In this document: in pieces, positions 19,466 to 30,237 of the stretch
How positions within the stretch are numbered: the first letter of the stretch is position 1
Layout: every line of letters starts with the position of its first letter
DNA from: an uncultured Anaerolineales bacterium
GTDB taxonomy: Bacteria; Chloroflexota; Anaerolineae; Epilineales; Epilineaceae
Assembly: GCA_964549495.1 (NCBI GenBank)
Contig: CAZJWJ010000008.1
Coordinates: 514-64,513 of the forward strand
Length of the DNA: 64,000 nt
Reading direction: 5' to 3'
Program-made: the position numbers and the translations under genes
The notes under the pieces: generated by a model
Told to the model about the DNA's origin: nothing
Databases searched by the model: none
The model's input: the letters and a program-made list of their open reading frames with translations, nothing else

Positions 19466-20905
19466 CTACTCGATCGACACCGTCAGCGAGTAGAGCGACT
19501 CGGGCGTGCCGGGGCGGGCGATCAGGACGATCACGTAGTCCTGCCGGCTGGGCAAATCGACGCTCAGGCCCTCCGCCTCCAGGCCCGAGCCGAGGACGTC
19601 ACCGGCCTGGTCCTCGATGTAGAGCTGGAAGGCGCCCGGATCGTCGGCCGCCAGGCTCAGGCTCAGCTGCTGACCGCCCTCCGCGCGCAGGCGATAGCGC
19701 GTCTCCTCGCCGGCCGCCAGGCTGCCCTGCACCGTCGTCTGGCGCTCGCCGGCGCTGAAGAAGAGCTGCGTCTCGGCGCCGGCCGCCGTCTCGCCATCCG
19801 CATCGGCTTCGTCGGCCGACGCGTCGGCGCCGGCATCCGAGGACCCGCCGCCGGCATCGCCCGCACCCAGATCGAAGGTGATGCGGTATTCCGCTCCGGC
19901 TTCGGTCAGCGGATTGCTGACCGTCACCAGGTAGTCGGCGTCCTGGGCCAGCAGGAAGACCGAACCCTCCGGCCGGCGCTCGGCGCGCATCGGGCGGCTG
20001 GCGGCGTCGAAGACCATCACGTCCACCGCGCCCTCCGGGCTGCTCTCGACGTCCAGCGACAGCTCCTGGCCGGCCGCCGCGCTCAGGCGGTAGGTCAGGA
20101 TGTCGCCCAGCTCCAGCTGGCCGCGGCGTTCGGCGCGATCGGCGCCAGGCGCGAAGCGCACCGCCAGGGGCTGCATGTCGGGTTCGGCCCGATCGATGGA
20201 CTCCGGCGCGGCAGCGTCCGTATCACCGGGCGCGTCGGACTCGGCCCCATCGTCACCGACCTCGCCCTGACCGGTGATCCGGACCTCCAACTCGAAGTCG
20301 AGTTCGGGCGCGCCCTCGACGGCGCGCAGCAGCAGGTCGTAGTCGCCCGATGCCGGCAGCCGGGTCTGCAAGCGGTTGCGCTCGGCCGGCTCGGCATCGG
20401 CGCTGGTGGCCAACATCTCGCCGCCGCTCCGGTGGAGCTCTAGGTCGATCGACCCGGCGCTGACGCCCTGCAAGCGCAGGCTCACATCCTGTCCGGCGCG
20501 GGCCGCGAAGCGGTAGCGAAGCTCCTGGCCACCGCCGGCCAGCCGATCGCTGACGATGCCGCCCTCGCTGCCGGATTCGAAGCCCAAGCGCGGGGCCGCC
20601 GGCAGCGCCGGCGCCGCTTCGGCCTCGGCATCCGCCTCGTCGTCATCCTCGCCGGAGGTCGCGTCGCTCGCATCCTCGCCATCCGGGTCCGATCCGCCAT
20701 CGCCCGAATCGGTTTCGGCCGAATCCTCGCCATCGGCGGCATCGGGCGCCGCCGCGTCCTCATCCATCGGATCGGCCGCCTCCGCGTCCAGGGCCTCCAG
20801 CGCGGCCTCCTCGGCCGGCTCATCCGGGCCGGTACGGCAGCCCATCGCCAGCGCCAGGCACAGGGCAGCGCCCAGCATCATCCTCGACATCGCGCGCATG
20901 CGCAT
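19466..20905 (-). CDS. lipoprotein with acidic linker and three related beta-rich repeat domains
   Basis: Lipobox CLALAMGC and a D/E/A-rich region. Three repeats share the pattern x-x-Y-R-(F/L)-x-A-x-x-G-Q-x-(V/L)-S-L (ELRYRFAARAGQDVSLRL, ILTYRLSAAAGQELSLDV, ETRYRLRAEGGQQLSLSL), reminiscent of pre-peptidase C-terminal-like domains. Confidence 0.65.
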   Translation of the reverse strand: MRMRAMSRMMLGAALCLALAMGCRTGPDEPAEEAALEALDAEAADPMDEDAAAPDAADGEDSAETDSGDGGSDPDGEDASDATSGEDDDEADAEAEAAPALPAAPRLGFESGSEGGIVSDRLAGGGQELRYRFAARAGQDVSLRLQGVSAGSIDLELHRSGGEMLATSADAEPAERNRLQTRLPASGDYDLLLRAVEGAPELDFELEVRITGQGEVGDDGAESDAPGDTDAAAPESIDRAEPDMQPLAVRFAPGADRAERRGQLELGDILTYRLSAAAGQELSLDVESSPEGAVDVMVFDAASRPMRAERRPEGSVFLLAQDADYLVTVSNPLTEAGAEYRITFDLGAGDAGGGSSDAGADASADEADADGETAAGAETQLFFSAGERQTTVQGSLAAGEETRYRLRAEGGQQLSLSLAADDPGAFQLYIEDQAGDVLGSGLEAEGLSVDLPSRQDYVIVLIARPGTPESLYSLTVSIE

Positions 20906-20957
20906 CTCTCTCCTCCTCCCTCGAAACTGGCCTCGCGCGCGATCGCGCGGGCCCGGA

Positions 20958-22778
20958 TCAGCCGGACGACCGCAGGCTGGCCAGCTCCCGCTCCACCGTC
21001 GCCAACTCCTCCTCGTCCAGGCCCTCGAGGCCGGAGGGGTCCGGACCCTCGTAGGGCTGGGTGCGCCGGGCCGCCAGCTCGCGCAGCGACAGGCCGCTGC
21101 GCTCGAAGAGCGCCCAGCTGCCGCCGCCGGCCCGATAGAGCGCCGAGATCACCTGCTGGTTGGTCAAGACCGGCGCCGGCGGTTCGGGCTCGATCTCGGG
21201 CAGCGTCACCGGCTCGACGGGCGCGCGGTCGATGTCCTGCCCTTCATCCTCGGGCCCGCCGCCCGCCGCATCCGAGGGACGCTCGCGAGCCTGCGCCACT
21301 GCGGCCACGGAAGCCAGGTCCGGCAGCTCCGCCGCGGCGTCACCGGCGTCTTCGACCGGCTCGAGCGCCGGCAAGCGGGTCGGCTCGGCCACCAGCGGAG
21401 CATCTTCCGGCGAGCGGGGCAGGGTGACCTGGTAGTCGCCGGGCGGCAGCCATTCGTGGCCGCCGTAGCGCCGGCGCACCGCCTCGAGCAGCTCGGCCAA
21501 GCGCGGACCGCCGTAGCCGCGGCCGCGCAAGACCTCCTCGGCATTGGGGATGTGGAAGGCGATGGTCTCCTCGACCGGCGCCGGGGGCATCTCGAGCGCC
21601 TCGGGCTCCGGCTCGACGACGTCTGGCTCGATGGCGTCCGGCTCGGCGACCTCCGGCTGGACTGGCTCCGGTTCGACGGGCTCCGGCTCGACGGGCTCCG
21701 GCTCGACGACGTCCGGCTCGACCGGCTGGGGCTCGACCTCGGGGCTCTTGGCGACCTGGCCGGCCGCCTCCGCCATGGCTTCCGCCAAGGGGGAGGGGCT
21801 GATCTGGCGGGCATAGGTGGAGAAGTCGCGGAAGCTGCGCCAGGCCGGGCGGCGAGCGGCCTCCTCGGTGCTGCCGCCGCGGTAGAGGCCGGCGGCGGCG
21901 GTGGTCGAGCGGTCGAGATCGCGCAGGCCGGACCAGATGACCATGCGCACCGCCGGCTCGGCCGTCAGGCTGTCCAGGGCGGTCCAGAGATGGCTGGCCT
22001 GACGCTCCTCGCCCAGGCGCAGGGCGTCCCAGGCCAGGCCGGTTACCATCAGGGCCGGGGCCTCGGCGCCCGCTCCGGCCAGCTCGGCCAGACCCGCCCG
22101 CAGGCGGCTGGCGCGCTCGCGCAGGGCCGTGGCCAGGGCGGCCTCGGAGTCGGCGCCCTCCGGCAGGACCTCCAGCTGCAGGCCCAATTCGTCGAAGGGC
22201 GGCCGATCCTCGGGCCAGAGCGACGCGGCCCGGGCCGCGCGCCAGGCGGCCCGGAGGTAGTCCAGGCCCTCGTCGGCATCCGTCGAACGCAGGGCACCGG
22301 AGACGATGCGGGCACCCGGCTGGGCCTCGCGCAGGCTGGCGGCCAGGCTGGCCAGCAGCCCGGCCCAGCGCGCCGGCGCGATGCGGTAGGGGCTGCCGGC
22401 ATTGGGCGCCGGCAGGATCTCCCAGGCCGCGACCCGCTCGCCGATGGCCTCCGCCAGACGCCGGGCGTTGCCGGCCATCTCCTCGGTCCAGGCCCGGGCC
22501 AGCGGTCCGGGCGGGCGATCGAGAAAGGCGCCCATGCCTTCGGGCGCGACGGTCAGATCGCTGTCGAGCAGGGCCAAGATGCGCATGCCCCGGGAGCGGA
22601 AGGCCTCGACCACCCGCTCCATCTCGGTCAGGAAGGCCTCGCCGGGTTCGACGTGGCCGTCCAGCCCGAAGCGCAGCCGCACCATGTCGGGACGCAGCTC
22701 GGCTGCCGCCTCTGCCAGGGGCTCGGCCTGGGTCGCCAGGCCCAGGTCCAGCCCGATCCGGTCGATCCGCGTGTCCAC
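20958..22778 (-). CDS. hypothetical protein: N-terminal glycoside-hydrolase-like (TIM-barrel-like) region, (EPxPV)n repeat, C-terminal conserved-looking modules
   Basis: Start assigned to the GTG at 22778, 6 nt after a perfect AGGAGG (22785-22790 on the plus strand). The track's 926-aa ORF has a junk N-terminus that overlaps the neighbouring gene. The GH-like call is weak. Confidence 0.55.
   Translation of the reverse strand: MDTRIDRIGLDLGLATQAEPLAEAAAELRPDMVRLRFGLDGHVEPGEAFLTEMERVVEAFRSRGMRILALLDSDLTVAPEGMGAFLDRPPGPLARAWTEEMAGNARRLAEAIGERVAAWEILPAPNAGSPYRIAPARWAGLLASLAASLREAQPGARIVSGALRSTDADEGLDYLRAAWRAARAASLWPEDRPPFDELGLQLEVLPEGADSEAALATALRERASRLRAGLAELAGAGAEAPALMVTGLAWDALRLGEERQASHLWTALDSLTAEPAVRMVIWSGLRDLDRSTTAAAGLYRGGSTEEAARRPAWRSFRDFSTYARQISPSPLAEAMAEAAGQVAKSPEVEPQPVEPDVVEPEPVEPEPVEPEPVQPEVAEPDAIEPDVVEPEPEALEMPPAPVEETIAFHIPNAEEVLRGRGYGGPRLAELLEAVRRRYGGHEWLPPGDYQVTLPRSPEDAPLVAEPTRLPALEPVEDAGDAAAELPDLASVAAVAQARERPSDAAGGGPEDEGQDIDRAPVEPVTLPEIEPEPPAPVLTNQQVISALYRAGGGSWALFERSGLSLRELAARRTQPYEGPDPSGLEGLDEEELATVERELASLRSSG
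21598..21752 (-). repeat. imperfect 15-nt tandem repeat encoding (V/P)EPEP units
   Basis: The plus strand reads ...ggctccggctcgacgggctccggctcgacgggctccggctcgacgacgtccggctcgac... The encoded peptide is PEVEPQPVEPDVVEPEPVEPEPVEPEPVQPEVAEPDAIEPDVVEPEPE. Confidence 0.8.
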
Positions 22779-22864
22779 GCCGCACCTCCTTGGCCGTGGG
22801 CCTCTAGTCATCGATGTGTCGAAATGGAGATCGAAAGACCGACCTTCGGATCGGTCCGACCGGC

Positions 22865-23770
22865 TCAGACCAGGCGGGTCAGCACGATGAGCAGGGCCAC
22901 CTGCACCAAGGTGGCGCCGATCAAGAGCAGGTTGGCGCCCAGCCGGGCGCGGGTATGCACCAGGGCGGCCAGGACGATGTCCAGGAACAGGGCCGCCAGG
23001 CTGATCATCGGCAAGCGCCAGACCGTTGCCAGCGGCTGGGCCGGCCCGCGCACGATGGCGTCCAGCGCCGCGTCGTATCGATATTGGACCACCACCCGCT
23101 CGGGCAGGGAAGGAGTTTGCCATGCGATCCAGGCGAAGGCCAGCGCGTTGAGGATCAGGGCCACCGCCAGGGCGCGCAAGGCCAGCGGATCGCTCCAGAT
23201 GCTCAGCCGGGCCCAGCGCGGTCGCTCGGTGCCCTGCTCCCAATGCCGCGCCACGCCCATCGCCCGCCGGCGCTCCAATTCGGCCGCGAAGGCCTTGGGC
23301 TCGGCCGGCGAGATGGCGTAGACCAAGGAGGAGGTGATCACCAAGAGCTGCTCCTCGGGCGGCAGGGTGGCGTAAGCCAGGGTCTGGCGCCCGCCCTCCT
23401 CGGTATCGATGTAGGTCCGGCCCACCTGGTGCCCGGGCCAGCGCAGTCCGCGCAAGGGGGCGGCGTAGGCGCGGCCAGCCGAGAGCCCGCGGATCTCGGC
23501 CATGGGCAGCACCTGGCGGCTGGCGGCCCAGCGGATGATCAGGCCATCCCGGCTCAATTCGTAGCGCAGGCTGAAGTAGCCCCAGGTCCAGTAGGCCAAG
23601 AGCAGCAGCAGGGGCAGGACCGACAAGGCCGCCAGACCGAGCAGGGCCCCGCGCGGGCTGGGGCCGGCCAGGCGCATGGCCCAGATCAGGGCGCCCAGCA
23701 GGGCCAGGGCTCCCAGGCACAGGCCCAGGCCGATCCATCTGCCCCGCGAGGGGCTGGCTTCGAAGCTCAT
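22865..23770 (-). CDS. membrane protein with bacterial PH-like (YdbS/YdbT-type) domain
   Basis: Two N-terminal TM helices, then YELSRDGLIIRWAASRQVLPMAEI (bPH-like), then further TM helices. 301 aa. Confidence 0.6.
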   Translation of the reverse strand: MSFEASPSRGRWIGLGLCLGALALLGALIWAMRLAGPSPRGALLGLAALSVLPLLLLLAYWTWGYFSLRYELSRDGLIIRWAASRQVLPMAEIRGLSAGRAYAAPLRGLRWPGHQVGRTYIDTEEGGRQTLAYATLPPEEQLLVITSSLVYAISPAEPKAFAAELERRRAMGVARHWEQGTERPRWARLSIWSDPLALRALAVALILNALAFAWIAWQTPSLPERVVVQYRYDAALDAIVRGPAQPLATVWRLPMISLAALFLDIVLAALVHTRARLGANLLLIGATLVQVALLIVLTRLV

Positions 23771-23789
23771 CGCGGCCTCGAGACCCCCA

Positions 23790-24596
23790 TCAGAAGTGGC
23801 TCCAGGCCAAGGTCTGCGGGAAGATCCGGGCCACGAAGTCCTCGGTCAGCATGGCCAGCGTCTGCTGGCTGTCGCGGCGGACGGGCGCCGCGATGCGGAT
23901 CGAGAGCACGCCGCGCTCGGCTGCGCGGGCCGGCGTGTCCCAGACGTAGAAGTAGAGGAAGACCATCTGGCCATCCTGGCCGCTGGCGAAGCCCAGGTTG
24001 ATCGGCAGTGGGCGCGGGCCGGCCAGCTCCACCTGGGCCAGGTCGAAGTCCTCGATCTCCCAACCGCCCAGGGGGTAGCAGAGGTCGGGCGTATGCTCGA
24101 AGAGGTGGAAGCTCTTGTCGCCCCGGCTGCCGAAGGCCGAGAGCCAGACGATCTCGCCATCGTCGCGCCGGTAGGTGCGCTCGATCTTGACGTCGGGGTC
24201 GCGGAACCAGACGTCGACCTCCGGATCGCCCGGTCGGTCCTCGCCGCGCCAGTCGCCGATCTGCATCGGCAGGCCGGCCGGCAGCGCATCCAGGGCCAGC
24301 TGGAAGGGCGAGGTGACCGCCACCTCGTGCGGCGTGCGGCCGTACCAGCCCTCCACGTCGACCCAGACCACCGAGCCTGCCTCGGGCGCCTCGGGAATCT
24401 CCGGCTCGCCCTCGCGGTTCAGGGCGGCCCAGAGCCCCAGGCCCAGGATGAGGCCCGCCAGGCCCAGGCGGATCCAGGCGCGCCGCTGGGATGGCTCGCG
24501 GTCCGCGCGGGCCACCGCGTCCAGCTGCTCGGCGGCCGACTCGAGCGCGGCCGACTCGAGCGCGACCGGGCTCTCGGTCCGGGGATCAGAGCCCAT
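23790..24596 (-). CDS. epsI: exosortase-associated EpsI-family protein
   Basis: Single TM, then IGDWRGED...FEHTPDLCYPLGGWE..., typical of EpsI. 11-bp overlap with the exosortase gene. Confidence 0.75.
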   Translation of the reverse strand: MGSDPRTESPVALESAALESAAEQLDAVARADREPSQRRAWIRLGLAGLILGLGLWAALNREGEPEIPEAPEAGSVVWVDVEGWYGRTPHEVAVTSPFQLALDALPAGLPMQIGDWRGEDRPGDPEVDVWFRDPDVKIERTYRRDDGEIVWLSAFGSRGDKSFHLFEHTPDLCYPLGGWEIEDFDLAQVELAGPRPLPINLGFASGQDGQMVFLYFYVWDTPARAAERGVLSIRIAAPVRRDSQQTLAMLTEDFVARIFPQTLAWSHF

Positions 24597-25458
24597 CGGG
24601 CGCCCTCGTCACCAGGCTGGCCAGGCCCAGCATGACCAGCAGGGCCAGGCCGAAGAAGATCGGGCTGGAGGGCCCGTGGAAGAAGGCCAGGGCGCGATCG
24701 GCGCCCAGGCTGTGGGCCGCCCAGAGCAGGCCCAGCAGGCGCGCGCCGTTGGCCAAGAGGGCCAGCGGGACGGCTAGGGCCACCAGGGCCAGGCGCGCCA
24801 GGCGCAGGCCGGGCATCAGGCCGGCCACCACCACCGCCAGGCTGAAGAGGGCCATCATCGAGCGCAGGCCGCTGCAGGGCGCGCCGACCACGAAGGCACC
24901 GTCGGCCACGCTGAGCTGGGCACCGGCCAGCTGCACCGGGATGCCCAGGACCAGGGCCGTGCCGGCGGTGGCCTTGGCCGCGCCGGCCGCCAGGGGCGGC
25001 GCCAGATGCTCGACGAAGGGCAGCGGCACGGCCAGGGCCAAGAGCAGCATCGGGAAGGCCGCGCCGCGCAGGGCCGGGCGGCCGCCGGAGAGCATCAGCG
25101 CGCCGGCCAAGAGCGGGATCAAGGCCAGGGCAGAGACCGGCCAGGCCTCCCAGCGCAGCGCGGCCAGGTGGATGCCGACCGCGCCGGCCAGCAAGGCCAG
25201 GCCCCAGTCGCTGCCATCGGCCGCGCGCAGGCGCTCGCGCCGATGCCAGAGCAGGGCCGCCGCCAGGAGCGGCAGGATGGGCCCGTGCGAGTAGTAGGGA
25301 TGGACCTGCCAGGTGCGCAGCAGCCAGCCGAGGGTCGGCTCGAAGAGCAGGAGCGCCAGAACCAGCACGACCAGGCGCCCGACCGCCTCCGGGGAGGGCG
25401 GTGCGGGCGCTGGCTTGGGTCGGACGCCTCGCGGCGCCGATCGAGGGTCTGGTCGCAT
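24586..25458 (-). CDS. xrt: exosortase-family transpeptidase
   Basis: Multi-TM. Hallmark Cys motif GAPCSGLRSM, Arg motif LLANGARLLG, and a His-containing FFHGPSSP. Start set at the ATG at 25458 to avoid a 55-bp overlap with the ilvE 3' end; 25539 is possible. Confidence 0.85.
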   Translation of the reverse strand: MRPDPRSAPRGVRPKPAPAPPSPEAVGRLVVLVLALLLFEPTLGWLLRTWQVHPYYSHGPILPLLAAALLWHRRERLRAADGSDWGLALLAGAVGIHLAALRWEAWPVSALALIPLLAGALMLSGGRPALRGAAFPMLLLALAVPLPFVEHLAPPLAAGAAKATAGTALVLGIPVQLAGAQLSVADGAFVVGAPCSGLRSMMALFSLAVVVAGLMPGLRLARLALVALAVPLALLANGARLLGLLWAAHSLGADRALAFFHGPSSPIFFGLALLVMLGLASLVTRAPDGL

Positions 25459-25484
25459 GCCGGACCGGATCTCCGGGCGGGGGA

Positions 25485-26435
25485 TCAGTCGCCGGCCGGA
25501 ACGCCGGCGACGGCCTTTTCGTAGACCGGCGTGCACCACTGGCGATAGGCGGGCACGCGGCCGCGGACCACGTCGAAGTAGAGGTCGCGCAGGCGCTCGA
25601 CCACCGGCCCCATGCGCCCAGTGCCGACCTTGCGGCGGTCGACCTCGACGATGGAGGCGATCTGGACGCCGGTGCCGGTGAAGAAGACCTCGTCGGCCAC
25701 GAAGAGCTCCGAGCGGTCGATCTTGCGCTCCTCGGTGGGCAGGCCCAGCTCGTCCTCGCAGAGCTGCAGGACCACCTCGCGGGTAATGCCCTCCAGGATG
25801 TTCTCGCTGACCGGCGGCGTGACCACCTTGCCGTGGCGCACGATGAAGAGATTCTCGGCGCTGCCCTCCGAGACGTGGCCGTCCTGGGTCAGGACGATGG
25901 CCTCGTCGAAGCCGTTGAGCACGGCCTCGGTCTTCGAGAAGGCGCTGTTGATGTAGGCGCCGGTGATCTTGGCCCGCGCCGGCACGGCGTTGTCGTCGAT
26001 CCGGCGCCAGGACGAGGTATGCACCCGGGCGCCCTCCTCGGCGTTGACGTAGCGGCCGAAGGGCGTGGCGAAGATGGTCACGGCATTGGTCATGTCGTGC
26101 AGCTTGACGCCGATGATCTCGTCGGCCTTGTAGGCCAAGGGGCGGATGTAGGTGTCCTGCTGGAAGCCCTCGCGGCGAAGGAGCTCCAGGGTGATCTCCG
26201 AGAGCTCCTCGGCGCTCTGCGGCAACTCGATCATCAGGATGCGGCAGGAGCGCAGGAAGCGTTCGTAATGCTCGTGGAGCTTGAAGACGAGCATCTGCTC
26301 CTCTTCTTCGTTCCAGTAGCCACGGATGCCCTCGAAACAGCCGGTGCCGTAGTTGAGGGCATGCGTGCGGACGCTGATCTTGGCGTCCTCCACCGGGACG
26401 ATCTCACCACCGAAGTAGGCGTACTTACCGATCAT
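25485..26435 (-). CDS. ilvE: branched-chain amino acid aminotransferase
   Basis: 316 aa, class-IV aminotransferase blocks (FEGIRGY, KITGAYINS, EGSAENLF, LEGITR). Confidence 0.95.
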   Translation of the reverse strand: MIGKYAYFGGEIVPVEDAKISVRTHALNYGTGCFEGIRGYWNEEEEQMLVFKLHEHYERFLRSCRILMIELPQSAEELSEITLELLRREGFQQDTYIRPLAYKADEIIGVKLHDMTNAVTIFATPFGRYVNAEEGARVHTSSWRRIDDNAVPARAKITGAYINSAFSKTEAVLNGFDEAIVLTQDGHVSEGSAENLFIVRHGKVVTPPVSENILEGITREVVLQLCEDELGLPTEERKIDRSELFVADEVFFTGTGVQIASIVEVDRRKVGTGRMGPVVERLRDLYFDVVRGRVPAYRQWCTPVYEKAVAGVPAGD

Positions 26436-26456
26436 GATCTCCCTTTCCTGTGCTCG

Positions 26457-26798
26457 CTAGCTGAGGTCGGATGAGACGGAACGCGAGGCTCGAGCCTCTT
26501 CGGCGCAGTGCTGGCAGCCGCGCATCGGATCCTCGATGGGCGTATCGTGCTTGCTGCACCGGGCGTGTAGATCCAGGGTCTTGAGCAAGCCGAAGCGCTT
26601 GCGGATGCGCAGGTCGAGCCTGAGGTGAGGCGAACCGTTGGCGCGCAGAACGGACGGAACGGGGCACTTGCCGCAGATGTCGGGCGTCCAGGGCAGCGAC
26701 TCGCGATCGCGCTCGATGAGGCGGCATTCCTGGGTCTGGCGACCGCGGTTGAAGTCCTCGTAGTAGTACCGGCATTCTTCGCCGGCCGGGGTGCGCAT
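26457..26798 (-). CDS. small Cys-rich hypothetical protein
   Basis: 113 aa with seven Cys, including CGKCP and CQHC pairs (possible metal-binding ribbon). Sits 21 nt downstream of ilvE on the same strand. Confidence 0.5.
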   Translation of the reverse strand: MRTPAGEECRYYYEDFNRGRQTQECRLIERDRESLPWTPDICGKCPVPSVLRANGSPHLRLDLRIRKRFGLLKTLDLHARCSKHDTPIEDPMRGCQHCAEEARASRSVSSDLS

Positions 26799-26888
26799 TC
26801 GCGACGGCTCCTAGGGCCTGAAGGGCTGGGCTGCCCAGCCTCAAGCATAGCGGCGTGGTCGGGTCGCTACAAGAGCGCTTTGCGCCGA

Positions 26889-27278
26889 TCAGCGCAGCGA
26901 CAAGAGCCATCGGTTGAGCGTTTCGCGGGCCGCCGGCAGGCATTGCATGGCCGCCCAGTCGCCCACCAGCGAGGCTGCCGATTGGCGCTCCCAGAGCGCG
27001 CGGAAGGGATCGGCGTCGAGCGGCCGGCCGGCCGCCTCGACCCCCTCCCGATAGGGCTCCAGATCGGCCTCGTAGCCTGGGTAGCGTTCCTCCATCCAAG
27101 CCCGGATCGCCGCCAGCTCGCGCTCGTCCTCGTCGCTGGCCCGGCCGGCGCGGTAGACCCCGATGACCAAGAGCTCGAGCCGGTCCCAGACCTCGACGAA
27201 GGCATCGGCCCGGTCGCGATCCACACCGGAACCCAGCCGGCCGCGCAGGAAGCGCGTGAAGGGGTTGGAGCTGGGCAC
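26889..27278 (-). CDS. hypothetical protein
   Basis: Start assigned to the GTG at 27278 (GGAGAG 9 nt upstream). No recognisable motif. Codon composition looks protein-like compared with the overlapping frames. Confidence 0.35.
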   Translation of the reverse strand: MPSSNPFTRFLRGRLGSGVDRDRADAFVEVWDRLELLVIGVYRAGRASDEDERELAAIRAWMEERYPGYEADLEPYREGVEAAGRPLDADPFRALWERQSAASLVGDWAAMQCLPAARETLNRWLLSLR

Positions 27279-27432
27279 GTCGTTGACCTCTCCTACCTGG
27301 CGGGCTACCCTGGATCGGTCCGATCTCGGCGCCCGGCATCTCCGACCGCCGAGCAACCCGATTCTACACGCCCGGACGCCCGACTCCGCATCGAGCGACC
27401 CGATCCCCGCTCCAAGCGAAAGGAAAGCTCCC

Positions 27433-27804
27433 GTGAACCTGCTCATCCGCTGGGTGGTGGCCGCCATCTCGCTCTTCGCGGCCGACTGGCTGATCGACGG
27501 CATCTCGATCAGCGCCACCGGCAACGACCGCTGGCTGGTCTACGCCGGCATGGCCGTCGTCCTCTGGATCGTCAGCCTCCTGGTCAAGCCCATCCTGACC
27601 CTGCTCACCTGCCCCATCCAGATCCTCACCCTGGGCCTCTTCTCGCTGGTCGTCAACGCCATCGCCTTCTGGCTGGCCAGCCTGGTGGCCCAGGAGCTGG
27701 ATATCGGCTTCTTCGTCGACGGCTTCGTGGCCGCCTTCCTGGGCGCCCTGGTGGTCAGCATCATCTCGACCGTCCTGAATCAGGCGCTGATCGACGAAGG
27801 TTAG
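27433..27804 (+). CDS. phage-holin-4/DUF360-like small membrane protein
   Basis: GTG at 27433 after GAAAGGAAAG. 123 aa with 4 TM helices. The pattern LIRWVVAAISLFAADWL...LLTCPIQILTLGLFSLVVNA is typical of the YvlD/DUF360 family (recall). Confidence 0.7.
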   Translation: MNLLIRWVVAAISLFAADWLIDGISISATGNDRWLVYAGMAVVLWIVSLLVKPILTLLTCPIQILTLGLFSLVVNAIAFWLASLVAQELDIGFFVDGFVAAFLGALVVSIISTVLNQALIDEG

Positions 27805-27864
27805 GGGCTCTTCGCCTGGAGCAGCCTCCACTCCGAGAGCGATCAACCCGAGCGAGACGAAGAC

Positions 27865-27897
27865 GAGCGCGGGGCCCCGTCTCGGGACCCCGCGCTC
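27865..27897. terminator. bidirectional GC-rich hairpin between the convergent holin-like gene and groEL
   Basis: GAGCGCGGGG(c)CCCG-tct-CGGG(a)CCCCGCGCTC is a 14-bp interrupted stem. It lies 61 nt after the plus-strand stop and 71 nt after the groEL stop. Confidence 0.55.
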
Positions 27898-27967
27898 TCG
27901 ACGTCTGGGATGTCCTGCGACGCGACGAGCCGAGCGAAGCCCGGCTCACCGGTCGGGATTCACCGGC

Positions 27968-29602
<1,635 letters not shown>

Positions 29603-29721
29603 TCATTCCTCCCGAAAGTGGTGTTGGATCCGGCCGGGGCCGGGCTGTTGGTCGGTGGATCCGGGCTCGGCCCGGACGATCCCAGTCGGCGATCTCGCCG
29701 ACTTCGACGATCTCGGCCGGA

Positions 29722-30027
29722 CTACTTGGCGATCTTGGCCAGGATGTCCTTCTCGCTCAAGATGAGGACCTTCTTGCCGTCGATCTTGAACTCGCTGCCG
29801 GAGCCGGCGTACTTGGAGTAGACGACGACGTCACCGGCGGCGACGTCCATCGCGATCCGGTCGCCGTCCTCGTCGCGCGGTCCGGGGCCGACGGCCAGGA
29901 CGGTGCCGCGCTGCGGCTTCTCCTTGGCCGACTCGGGCAGGACGATGCCGCTGGCGGTGGTCTCCTCCTCCTCGATCGGCTCGACGATGATGCGGTCCCC
30001 CATGGGGATCAGGTTGATGTCTGCCAT
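29722..30027 (-). CDS. groS: co-chaperonin GroES
   Basis: Start at the ATG at 30027 ([17 protein letters not shown]...). 101 aa. The longer track ORF is an upstream read-through. Confidence 0.96.
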   Translation of the reverse strand: MADINLIPMGDRIIVEPIEEEETTASGIVLPESAKEKPQRGTVLAVGPGPRDEDGDRIAMDVAAGDVVVYSKYAGSGSEFKIDGKKVLILSEKDILAKIAK

Positions 30028-30134
30028 CGCTTCCAAAGCTCCTTGCGCTCGCGTCTGGCGCCGTCCGGAGGGCTTGCCGGCCCGGCGATTTCTCGTGACG
30101 ATGCGCGCTCGATTCCGAACGCGCGGGCCGCATT

Positions 30135-30161
30135 CTAGCACTCGGCCTCGGCGAGTGCTAA
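30135..30161 (-). promoter_or_regulatory. CIRCE operator (HrcA-binding inverted repeat) upstream of groES
   Basis: CTAGCACTC-ggcctcggc-GAGTGCTAA against the consensus TTAGCACTC-N9-GAGTGCTAA. Located ~110 nt upstream of the groES start. Confidence 0.9.
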
Positions 30162-30237
30162 GACCTTCCGTAAGCGTTTCGTTAGATCCTGCCAACGCGG
30201 GAGACGACCCGGTGGCGAGATCGGCTCGCGGTCGGCG

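Noticed and set aside
20556-23321. 921-aa plus-strand ORF, plus the 926-aa form (20958..23738) of the minus-strand ORF
   Set aside because: The plus-strand ORF is antisense junk. The minus-strand ORF's first ~320 aa are Pro/Arg/Gly junk that overlaps the PH-domain gene in another frame. An AGGAGG-GTG start at 22778 gives a sensible protein.
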